52,324 bases of DNA from Flavobacteriales bacterium. GTDB taxonomy: Bacteria; Bacteroidota; Bacteroidia; Flavobacteriales_G; NORP312. Below the pieces are notes generated by a model. That model saw nothing but the letters and a program-made list of their open reading frames with translations. It was not told where the DNA came from and did no database searches. The position numbers and the translations under genes were made by a program. Location: NCBI GenBank assembly GCA_016763645.1, contig JAESTK010000154.1, positions 1 through 52,324 on the forward strand, in the 5' to 3' direction. Shown here one piece after another: positions 17,269-25,534 of this stretch. The stretch's first letter is position 1. Each line of letters opens with the position of its first letter.

Positions 17269-19881
17269 ATGAAAAACGGATTAAGAATCGCATTTTTGGT
17301 ATTGATTGTTTCGGGTTGTGCTACTCAAAAAACAACCGAAAACGCGATTGAAAATACCGTTTCATTAGATACAATCAGTATTTCCGCAAGTTATAAAACT
17401 CCTTATCAGCCTACCGAAACGCATTTTTTAGATTTGCTACACACTAAACTTGAAGTGAGTTTCAATTGGGAAAAGCAATACCTAAACGGCAGAGCCGAAC
17501 TTTTATTCATTCCATGGTTTTATCCTACAAATAAGCTGATTCTTGACGCAAAGGGATTCGACATACATGTAATCGCACTACAAAATAAAGAAGGCGTAAA
17601 AGAATTGGAGTATGATTACGATGGGCTTGAAATAGCTATTGAATTGGACAAAGAATACACCCGAAAAGACACATTTAAACTGTATATTGAATACACCGCA
17701 AAACCAAATGAGTTAAAGCACGGAGGAAGCGAAGCAATTACTTCAGATAAGGGCTTATATTTTATCGACCCGCTTAACGAAGACCCTGAGAAGCCATCTC
17801 AAATTTGGACGCAAGGTGAAACCGAATCGAGCTCTTGTTGGTTTCCGACAATTGATATTCCGAGCGAGAAAATGACCCAAGAAATATCCATTACAGTACG
17901 AGATAAATACCTCACTCTTTCGAACGGAGAGCTGATTTATCAAACCGAAAACGGTGACGGAACACGCACAGATGTGTGGGCAATGAAAAAACCGCACGCA
18001 CCTTATCTTGCTATGATGGCGATTGGCGAGTTTTCTGTTATAGAAGACTCGTGGAGAGATTCTATAGCGGTTAATTATTATGTGGAAAAAGAATATAAGC
18101 CTTACGCGATGGAAATTTTCGGGAAAACACCCGAAATGTTGGAGTGCTTTTCAACTGTTTTGGGGGTTAATTATCCGTGGGTAAAATATCACCAAATTGT
18201 GGTAAGAGATTACGTTTCTGGCGCAATGGAAAACACTTCTGCTGTAATTCATGGCGGTTTTGTGCAACAAACGGCTCGTGAGATGATTGATGAAGACAGC
18301 GAAGACATTATTTCACATGAGTTATTTCATCATTGGTTTGGCGATTTAGTTACGTGCGAATCATGGTCTAACTTGCCACTTAATGAATCTTTCGCCACTT
18401 ATGGTGAGTACATTTGGAGGGAGCACAAATACAACAGAGAGACTGCAGATTATCATTTGCAGGAAATGTTGAAAGACTATATTTATGAGTCGGAAAGCTC
18501 CCAAGAAGACATGATTCGTTACTATTTTGATGATAAAGAAGAAATGTTCGATAGTCATTCTTACGCAAAAGGAGGACGAATTTTACACATGCTTCGAAAA
18601 GAAGTTGGCGAGGACGCATTTTATGCCTCCTTACAACATTATTTAATCAAACACGCCTACCAAACGGTTGAAATTCACGACCTTAGAATCGCTTTCGAAG
18701 AAATTACTGGCCGCGATTTAAACTGGTTTTTTAACCAATGGTTTTTATCATCGGGGCACCCTGATTTACTGATAACATACAAATACGTTGATTCAACTAA
18801 AACACAAAAAATTGTTGTGGAACAAAAACAGACCCGAGAAGAGACTCCTGTTTATCGGCTTTCTCTACAGGTGGATTTATACGTTAGTGGAAAAATTCAG
18901 CGAGAATCTATTCTCATTACAGAGCGATATAATGAATTTTCATTTACCGTTTCACAACAACCCGATTTGGTGAATGTTGATGCAGAAAAAATGTTGCTTT
19001 GCGTAAAAAACGATAAAAAATCAATTAGAGAATGGGCTTTTCAATATCAAAACGCACCACTTTACTTTGACAGGTATGAAGCGATTGAAACCCTTGGAAA
19101 AGTTGCCAGAAAAGATTCGTTGGCGGCAGCTACAGTTCTTTCTGCGTTAGACGATTCTTTCTGGAGAATTCGAGAGTTGGCTATAAACAACATTGAAACA
19201 TTAATTCCATCACACGAATCGCAGATAAAAACCAAGCTCATTACAATTGCGTCTTCAGATAAAAATACGAGTGTTCGAGCAAAAGCAATAGGATTATTGG
19301 TAGACGAATTTAAAGGAGAAGACCTTAAAGAGTTGTTTATCAACGGCACAAAAGACAGCTCGTATTACGTACTCGAAGAATCATTAATTGCCCTAACAGA
19401 ACTCGATAATTCTCTCGGGTTAGAGCATTGTAAACAGTTCGAAAACGAAAAACACGATGGTGTGCTCGAAACCATTTGCTACATCTATTCATCTTATGGT
19501 GATGATAGTCATAATGCATTTTTTGTGTCTTCCGCTGGTCAAATAAAGGGTTACACGCGCATTTCTTACATTAATGATTACGAGTATTACCTTGCTGGAG
19601 AGCGGTCGTTAGAAGTCGTAAATCAAGGGGTTGATATTATTAAGGGCATTGGGATCGATGGAGGTAATAAATATGTGTCGATGTTTGCCAAACAAGCGCT
19701 AGAAAATATAGAAAACGAGTATAAAAAGCGCCAACACGACCTTAATAAAAAGTTGAGTAAATCGAGCGAAACAGCTAGTGAATTAGAAATTCAAAACATG
19801 AGAAAAGAGCAAGAACAACTAAAACAAACCATTTCAAACATCTCTAAGGCTTACGATGAAGTGGTTAATTCTTTGAAATAA
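17269..19881 (+). CDS. pepN: M1-family zinc aminopeptidase (aminopeptidase N-like) lipoprotein
   Basis: GAMENTSAV exopeptidase motif and HELFHHWFGDLVTCESWSNLPLNESFATYGE (HEXXH-X18-E). Lipoprotein leader MKNGLRIAFLVLIVSGC from the ATG at 17269, with alternative upstream starts at 17248 and 17251. C-terminal HEAT-like repeats. Confidence 0.9.
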   Translation: MKNGLRIAFLVLIVSGCATQKTTENAIENTVSLDTISISASYKTPYQPTETHFLDLLHTKLEVSFNWEKQYLNGRAELLFIPWFYPTNKLILDAKGFDIHVIALQNKEGVKELEYDYDGLEIAIELDKEYTRKDTFKLYIEYTAKPNELKHGGSEAITSDKGLYFIDPLNEDPEKPSQIWTQGETESSSCWFPTIDIPSEKMTQEISITVRDKYLTLSNGELIYQTENGDGTRTDVWAMKKPHAPYLAMMAIGEFSVIEDSWRDSIAVNYYVEKEYKPYAMEIFGKTPEMLECFSTVLGVNYPWVKYHQIVVRDYVSGAMENTSAVIHGGFVQQTAREMIDEDSEDIISHELFHHWFGDLVTCESWSNLPLNESFATYGEYIWREHKYNRETADYHLQEMLKDYIYESESSQEDMIRYYFDDKEEMFDSHSYAKGGRILHMLRKEVGEDAFYASLQHYLIKHAYQTVEIHDLRIAFEEITGRDLNWFFNQWFLSSGHPDLLITYKYVDSTKTQKIVVEQKQTREETPVYRLSLQVDLYVSGKIQRESILITERYNEFSFTVSQQPDLVNVDAEKMLLCVKNDKKSIREWAFQYQNAPLYFDRYEAIETLGKVARKDSLAAATVLSALDDSFWRIRELAINNIETLIPSHESQIKTKLITIASSDKNTSVRAKAIGLLVDEFKGEDLKELFINGTKDSSYYVLEESLIALTELDNSLGLEHCKQFENEKHDGVLETICYIYSSYGDDSHNAFFVSSAGQIKGYTRISYINDYEYYLAGERSLEVVNQGVDIIKGIGIDGGNKYVSMFAKQALENIENEYKKRQHDLNKKLSKSSETASELEIQNMRKEQEQLKQTISNISKAYDEVVNSLK

Positions 19882-19896
19882 GCACCAACAAATCAA

Positions 19897-19904
19897 TACC
19901 TTTG
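19897..19904 (+). promoter_or_regulatory. -7 promoter box TACCTTTG
   Basis: Exact TAnnTTTG, 17 nt upstream of the trpS ATG. Confidence 0.45.
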
Positions 19905-19921
19905 GAGCTTATTTACTGATT

Positions 19922-20893
19922 ATGGCAAGAATATTAACAGGCATACAAAGTACGGGAACACCTCACTTAGGTAACATTTTAGGCGCAATTATTCCTGGAA
20001 TTGAGCTTTCAAAAAAGAAAGAAAACGAGGCATTTTTCTTTATTGCCGACCTTCACTCGTTAACCCAAATTAAGGACGGAGAACAGTTGAGGCAAAACAC
20101 TTACGCTACAGCAGCAACTTGGTTAGCGTTCGGCTTCGATACTTCTACAAATGTCTTTTACCGTCAGTCTGATGTTGCGGCTGAGGTCTGTCAATTAAAT
20201 TGGTTTTTGAATTGCTACGCTCCTTTTCCTATGCTCGCTAACGCCCATTCGTTTAAGGATAAATCAGAAAAGTTATCTGATGTAAACGCAGGCTTATTTG
20301 TGTATCCCGTGCTTATGGCTGCAGATATTATTGGCTATGATGCTAACTTTGTCCCTGTAGGGAAAGATCAACAACAGCATCTCGAAATGACGAGAGATAT
20401 CGCGTCTTCGTTTAACCATATTCATGGCGATACGTTTGTTATTCCTGAGGGGTTATATGACGAGCGAGTGATGATTGTTCCTGGCACAGACGGGCAAAAA
20501 ATGAGTAAATCGTATAACAACTTCATCGATATTTTTCTTTCTGACAAGGCTCTTCGTAAGCAAATTATGAAGATTGAAACGGATAGCACACCTATCGAAG
20601 AGCCGAAAGATTGGAAAACTTGCAATGCGTTTAAGCTTTACGAATTACTTGCCAACGATGCACAAATTGAGGAAATGAAAACTAATTACGCGACACCTGG
20701 GTATGGTTACGGACACTCAAAACAAGCGCTGTTTGAATTAATTTGTGAAAAGTTTAAAACTGAACGAGTGCGATTTAATGAGTTAATGGAAAATACAGAT
20801 GAACTCGACCGACAATTAGCAATTGGAGCAGAGAAAGCTAGGGCTGTTATTGGAAAAGTGTTAGCAAAAGTGAAAAGCAAGACGGGGTATTAG
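19922..20893 (+). CDS. trpS: Tryptophan--tRNA ligase
   Basis: 323 aa with class I signatures TGIQSTGTPHLGNILG (HIGH-type) and KMSKS. TAG stop. Confidence 0.95.
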   Translation: MARILTGIQSTGTPHLGNILGAIIPGIELSKKKENEAFFFIADLHSLTQIKDGEQLRQNTYATAATWLAFGFDTSTNVFYRQSDVAAEVCQLNWFLNCYAPFPMLANAHSFKDKSEKLSDVNAGLFVYPVLMAADIIGYDANFVPVGKDQQQHLEMTRDIASSFNHIHGDTFVIPEGLYDERVMIVPGTDGQKMSKSYNNFIDIFLSDKALRKQIMKIETDSTPIEEPKDWKTCNAFKLYELLANDAQIEEMKTNYATPGYGYGHSKQALFELICEKFKTERVRFNELMENTDELDRQLAIGAEKARAVIGKVLAKVKSKTGY

Positions 20894-20962
20894 ACGGAAG
20901 AAAAACTGAGCATACTTGCCGACCTTGTAAAAATTGCGAAAGCGGACAAGGAAGTTCGTGAA

Positions 20963-21286
20963 ATGGAATATGAGTTTATCAAGGTTATTGCTCTGCGATT
21001 AATGGTGCCAATTGCTGATTTTGATGACCTGTTCGAAAAAAATATTGACTTTAAACCTCCAAAACTGGAGGTAAATCGAATTTTACATTTTCAGCGATTG
21101 GTAATGATGATGAACATTGACCATGAGCAAAGCGAAGAAGAATTGAATTTGATTCGCGATTTAGGAATGCGCCTTGCGTTGAGCACAAAAGCAACCAACC
21201 AAGTGCTCGAAGAAATGAATAAATATCCGAACAAGGTAGTGCCTGTAGAAAGGCTAATCGAAATTTTTCAGGTGTTTCATAACTAG
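20963..21286 (+). CDS. TerB-like small helical protein (start uncertain; frame open from 20894)
   Basis: The first ATG is at 20963. The same frame is open back to the codon after the trpS TAG and there encodes TEEKLSILADLVKIAKADKEVRE, which resembles the first helix pair of TerB-family proteins. Confidence 0.5.
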   Translation: MEYEFIKVIALRLMVPIADFDDLFEKNIDFKPPKLEVNRILHFQRLVMMMNIDHEQSEEELNLIRDLGMRLALSTKATNQVLEEMNKYPNKVVPVERLIEIFQVFHN

Positions 21287-21313
21287 GTAAAAAAAGCCTT
21301 TTCTAAAAAGATG

Positions 21314-21321
21314 TATTTTTG
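21314..21321 (+). promoter_or_regulatory. -7 promoter box TATTTTTG
   Basis: Exact TAnnTTTG, 18 nt upstream of the ATG at 21340. Confidence 0.45.
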
Positions 21322-21339
21322 GTTTAGTAATTGGCTAAA

Positions 21340-22434
21340 ATGAAACAACAGTCTTTCAAAATTTTATTGAGTTGTGCACTCTTATTAGTGGGGCTTGGGT
21401 ACGGATGTAGAAAAGATAAAGCTCCGCAAGAGAATGTACCAACGTGTAATGACGGCATTAAAAACGGAAATGAAATTTTTGTTGACTGTGGATTAAATAA
21501 AGATGAGCACTGTGGTTCTTCTGCTTGTTCAGTAAATATTCAAGTTATTGAGGAGCTTAATAGTTCAAACTCTAGTATCACTGAAAGCAAGTGCGAGTAT
21601 ATTGCGGAAGACAAATATGGTAATGTTTGGATTTCTACATATGCAAATGGTGGTTTGTATAAATATGATGGACAAAGGTGGATAAATTACGATTCTACCC
21701 AGTCTGGATTATTGCAAAGGATAACGTCAATACTTGTAGCTTCAGATTCCACTATGTGGCTTACTTCTAGTTACTTTCTATATCAGTATGACGGGATAAA
21801 TTGGACAACATTTAGTAGGGACTCGATTGGAGCGCCCTTTTCGTCTGGGTTTGGAGGTTTATTGGAGGCTAGTACAGGAGAAATTTATTTTACGAGTTCA
21901 ACAGAACTGATACGTTATGATGGAACTACGTTTACTGAATTTAACTTCCCACAAGGCATTAAACCATATACCCAAGACTACTCTTCACCATTAATTGACT
22001 GCAACGATAATATTTATATTGAAACAGAGGCAAAAGGATTATTGATGTACTCAAATGGAAATGGAATAAGCTTAATAACAAAAGATAATTCAAACCTTGT
22101 TGATAATGATATTTGGGGTTTTGTTCTTGACAATGATTGTAATGTTTGGGGGCAAAACGATAGCAGAGTTGTAGAAGTAAAGTCGGGAAATTTTATTTTT
22201 CAAACGGAAGAAAACAGTGTAGAGTACACAGGAACTATTCAGAAAACGCTTACAGAAAACGGGCATATTATGACCCAAAAAGGTATCATCTGGGATAAGA
22301 AATTCCCTGTATTTTTTCAAAGGAAGAGTACGGGTGAAAACTTTGAGTATAATCAAGTTATTTATAAGGACAGTTGTTTCTGGTTTACAACTGATTACGG
22401 AGTCGTGAAAGCAACAATTTTATTTGATGAATAA
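21340..22434 (+). CDS. Lipoprotein with Cys-rich N-terminal module and propeller-type (Reg_prop-like) repeats
   Basis: Lipobox LGYGC. Cys-rich module TCNDGIKNGNEIFVDCG...CGSSAC. Repeated Y-x-YDG-x-x-W/F-x-x-F units (LYKYDGQRWINY, LYQYDGINWTTF, LIRYDGTTFTEF). Confidence 0.6.
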   Translation: MKQQSFKILLSCALLLVGLGYGCRKDKAPQENVPTCNDGIKNGNEIFVDCGLNKDEHCGSSACSVNIQVIEELNSSNSSITESKCEYIAEDKYGNVWISTYANGGLYKYDGQRWINYDSTQSGLLQRITSILVASDSTMWLTSSYFLYQYDGINWTTFSRDSIGAPFSSGFGGLLEASTGEIYFTSSTELIRYDGTTFTEFNFPQGIKPYTQDYSSPLIDCNDNIYIETEAKGLLMYSNGNGISLITKDNSNLVDNDIWGFVLDNDCNVWGQNDSRVVEVKSGNFIFQTEENSVEYTGTIQKTLTENGHIMTQKGIIWDKKFPVFFQRKSTGENFEYNQVIYKDSCFWFTTDYGVVKATILFDE

Positions 22435-23284
22435 ACTGTGGCTCATATTTTTACTGATGGCTTGTCTAACTAGTCATGCCCAGAACACATCATTTGAATT
22501 TGACACTTGTTCTTTTTCGGAGGGTATTGAAGAGTGTGATTCTGTTGTCAAAATCCGCTTCGTTGATAATCTGATACGTATTGGGATTGCTCCTTCTTTT
22601 TACCTCGGACTGTATCGACCAGACTTTGAAGATGGTGCCGGTTCTGTGTCGCTAAATGTTTACCTTGAAAACAGAAGACTTACTTTGACTATTGGAATGC
22701 TTAGAAGCCCAAAAAGGAAGTATCAATTTTGCTCAGAAGGTGTGTATTCTTGTAGAAGAGGTTCTGGGCGTTATGAATATGGTGGGTTTGTTTATACAAA
22801 TGTTGGGTCAGACAAGTGGGCATTCGATGGAGCTAGCGTTTCGGTTCAGTATAATTTGAGCCCTCACCATGAACGTTTTAAATGGTTCGCGGAATATGAT
22901 GGTATCTATAGAAGGACAAAATACACTGGAGACGAAATTCAGTTTTTCAGCCCCTATGATTCTGAACTGACTTATGGAACAGAGCAAATACAGCAATATT
23001 CAGAAGGGAAGGAAACGGTACACCTACTTGATAAAAATTTTAACATGGCCGTCACCAATTTTGAACATTACATAAGAGTCGGCAATAAATGGTATATCAC
23101 ACCAGAGGTAATGTTTTACACCGGTTTTGGCGTTGGGGTATATTCATTAGTTTGGGATATGGATTTTACAGAAGACAAGTACGATGGAGTAAAAACATCA
23201 AGAGGAATTTCATATAGCATAAAGCTTGGAATGAGTATACGCCTAAAGAAAATGTCAAGGGGAGGGAAAAGCAAGAAAAGTTAA
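22427..23284 (+). CDS. Hypothetical secreted protein, possible outer-membrane beta-barrel
   Basis: Signal peptide MNKLWLIFLLMACLTSHAQ. Alternating aromatic/Gly strands and a Lys-rich tail (KKMSRGGKSKKS). It overlaps the upstream gene by 8 nt. Confidence 0.5.
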   Translation: MNKLWLIFLLMACLTSHAQNTSFEFDTCSFSEGIEECDSVVKIRFVDNLIRIGIAPSFYLGLYRPDFEDGAGSVSLNVYLENRRLTLTIGMLRSPKRKYQFCSEGVYSCRRGSGRYEYGGFVYTNVGSDKWAFDGASVSVQYNLSPHHERFKWFAEYDGIYRRTKYTGDEIQFFSPYDSELTYGTEQIQQYSEGKETVHLLDKNFNMAVTNFEHYIRVGNKWYITPEVMFYTGFGVGVYSLVWDMDFTEDKYDGVKTSRGISYSIKLGMSIRLKKMSRGGKSKKS

Positions 23285-23296
23285 ATTCAGTTTTCG

Positions 23297-23304
23297 TACT
23301 TTTG
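23297..23304 (+). promoter_or_regulatory. -7 promoter box TACTTTTG
   Basis: Exact TAnnTTTG, 6 nt upstream of the ATG at 23311. Confidence 0.4.
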
Positions 23305-23310
23305 AAACCT

Positions 23311-23499
23311 ATGTTAGAAAGAAAGTTTCATAGCGCTGGTAAAGCCGAAGACATTGAGCAAAACGACATCTTATTTTGGTCTAAGAAATCTGTTGCCGAA
23401 AGGCTTGCTTATTCATACAATTTGCATCTACTTAACCATAACATAGACCCAGCAACTTTTAAATTTAAGCGTGTTTTTGTAAAAGCTTTTAAACGTTGA
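23311..23499 (+). CDS. Small protein, paralogue of the gene at 23972-24178
   Basis: 62 aa from the ATG at 23311. It shares the core LFWSKKSVAERL with the other small protein (IFWQDKSVEERF). It has its own -7 box. Confidence 0.5.
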   Translation: MLERKFHSAGKAEDIEQNDILFWSKKSVAERLAYSYNLHLLNHNIDPATFKFKRVFVKAFKR

Positions 23500-23501
23500 A
23501 C

Positions 23502-23975
23502 TCAATTTTTCAACCTTTTATTTAGCTCTTCAACATCAGCCTTATCTTTTAATCGGTTAGTGCTTAGTTTGTTTTCAATCAAATCGTCAACGTGGATATA
23601 TTTTAGTTCGACTCCATGAATGGATTTAACAATACCACGAGGAAAGCAGTCTGCAAAATTAACACCTGAAATAGCGTTAATTATTTCTAAACGTAATGGC
23701 TCCATTCCAAAACTTATTCCAGGACAAGGATTAGTTTCAGAAGGCTCTTCCAGTAGTTGCGTGGCGTCTATTTCGGCACTGGGGCCTCCAAATAATCGCA
23801 CAGCGAGTAATAGTTTTTCAACGTTTGTCGATGTTCGTTCAATCCAAATATCTAGGTCGCCCGTATATCTTGGGTATCCATGAAACCCCAAGGCATATCC
23901 GCCTACAACAAGGTATTTAACCTTGGCATTGTTCAGGCATTCGAGAAAATCAAGAAAATCTTTAGAGAGGTTCAT
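23502..23975 (-). CDS. Minimal nucleotidyltransferase-fold protein (Pol-beta superfamily, MNT-like)
   Basis: 157 aa. VVGGYALGFHGYPRYTGDLDIWI fits the G[GS]-x(9-13)-D-x-[DE] NTase signature. The C-terminal NRLKDKADVEEL motif is typical of an uncharacterised NTase family. Confidence 0.65.
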   Translation of the reverse strand: MNLSKDFLDFLECLNNAKVKYLVVGGYALGFHGYPRYTGDLDIWIERTSTNVEKLLLAVRLFGGPSAEIDATQLLEEPSETNPCPGISFGMEPLRLEIINAISGVNFADCFPRGIVKSIHGVELKYIHVDDLIENKLSTNRLKDKADVEELNKRLKN

Positions 23976-24178
23976 CCCTTGCGGTATTCGAAGTGTTTTC
24001 TGTCCATTACGGGTTCAATGCCCATCATTTCCATGTATTGATGGCGTAAAAACTCAATTGCATCAAACCGTTCTTCCACACTTTTATCTTGCCAGAAAAT
24101 AAGTGATTCATTTTCGTTAATTTTCTTAAAGATGACCTTGTTACGGTTCAGCGAATATTTGTTTTCGTACGGGTTCAC
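23972..24178 (-). CDS. Small protein upstream partner of the NTase (antitoxin-like position)
   Basis: 68 aa with a GTG start. It overlaps the NTase start by 4 nt. It begins 14 nt after the stop of the 445-aa amidohydrolase. Confidence 0.5.
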   Translation of the reverse strand: MNPYENKYSLNRNKVIFKKINENESLIFWQDKSVEERFDAIEFLRHQYMEMMGIEPVMDRKHFEYRKG

Positions 24179-24192
24179 TTGGTAAAGTTACA

Positions 24193-25530
24193 TTAATTTT
24201 TTACAACATTCTCTGCCGCATACTTCGCTTTATACTTTTCGTACAAGCGTTTTTGTGAATTGTCTAACGAAATATTTCTTCCTTGTATATATGCCAATTC
24301 AACGTTGTTGGTCATCATATCTAACGCATCGCCTGTCGAAAGAAAAAGGGTAGCGTCTTTACCTACTTCGAGCGTTCCGCAAAACGAATCTATTCCTAAA
24401 ATTTTAGCAGAATTACCTGTAATTGCTTGCAAAGCCTCTTCCTTCGTTAAGCCATAAGCAACGGCAGTACCAGCTAAAAAAGGAATATTCCGTGCGTTCA
24501 TTGCTTCCATGTCTCCCGCATTTTGAAGACAAAACAACACGCCTTCTTTTTGCAACAAATAAGGCAATTTGTAAGGCAAATCAATATCGTCTTCAGGGCG
24601 TTGAGGTAAAGAATGAACACGAGTAAGCATAACAGCAACGTTGTTTTCTTTTAACATATCGGTTAACATCCATGAGTCATATCCGCCAACGATTACGATT
24701 TTTTTCACTTCCATTTGTCGAGCGAAGAGAATCGCATTTTCAATGTCTTTTACATAATTGGTATGAATGAACAGTGTTTTATTCCCACTCCACAAACCGC
24801 CCATAGCTTCTTGCCGAATATTTTGCTCCGCATTATCGGCCCTGTGATATGCTTTTGCATCGCTAAATACTTTGGTAAGCTCAGAAATTTCGTCATGATA
24901 TTTCTCGTTCTTTTTTGTACCTCCTGGCTCTGCCCACCATCCAGAATGCTGAAATGTTCGTGGCCAGTTTACGTGTATTCCGTCATCTATTTTTATAACA
25001 GCATCTTCCCAGTTCCAAGCGTCAAACTGAACTATAGATGAAGTTCCTGAAATTCTCCCTCCTCGGGGAGTAATTTGCCCGATAAGCACCCCATTTGTCC
25101 GAACGGTAGAGGTAACATTCGATTCGGCATTATATGCAATTATGGAGCGTACATGAGGGTTGTATTTGCCAACGTCATCATAATCGCGAGTAGCACGAAC
25201 AGCGCCAACCTCTGAAATACCTAGTGTTGAATTCGGAGCAATTATACCTGGGTAAATGTGTTTGCCTTCGGCATGAATTATCTCGTCATAATAAGCCATG
25301 TCCAGCTTAATTGTTCTGGCATCAGCTACAAGAGTTATTTTTCCGTTTTCGAATGCAATTGCGCTATTTTCTATTACTTTCCCGTTGCCCAAATGCGCCA
25401 CAGCATTAAGAATTAATACTTTGTTTGTTTGCTTTGGTGTAGGGGTAGGCACCTGACAGAACCCCGGAAGGGAGTAGATAAAAATAGCAGCTATTATCAG
25501 CAACAGAGCACTCAGTTTTTTGTTTATCAT
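24193..25530 (-). CDS. Amidohydrolase-family protein with degenerate metal site
   Basis: 445 aa with a signal peptide and amidohydrolase fold. The position of the HxH motif reads IYPGIIAPNSTLG (no His). Confidence 0.8.
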   Translation of the reverse strand: MINKKLSALLLIIAAIFIYSLPGFCQVPTPTPKQTNKVLILNAVAHLGNGKVIENSAIAFENGKITLVADARTIKLDMAYYDEIIHAEGKHIYPGIIAPNSTLGISEVGAVRATRDYDDVGKYNPHVRSIIAYNAESNVTSTVRTNGVLIGQITPRGGRISGTSSIVQFDAWNWEDAVIKIDDGIHVNWPRTFQHSGWWAEPGGTKKNEKYHDEISELTKVFSDAKAYHRADNAEQNIRQEAMGGLWSGNKTLFIHTNYVKDIENAILFARQMEVKKIVIVGGYDSWMLTDMLKENNVAVMLTRVHSLPQRPEDDIDLPYKLPYLLQKEGVLFCLQNAGDMEAMNARNIPFLAGTAVAYGLTKEEALQAITGNSAKILGIDSFCGTLEVGKDATLFLSTGDALDMMTNNVELAYIQGRNISLDNSQKRLYEKYKAKYAAENVVKN

Positions 25531-25534
25531 AGGT

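Noticed and set aside
20891-20893. Genome-wide TAG reassignment as the explanation for the in-frame TerB-like ORF
   Set aside because: TAG clearly terminates other well-defined genes here (uvrC at 165-167 and the T9SS mini cargo at 40258-40260). Only local read-through or a non-canonical start remains possible.
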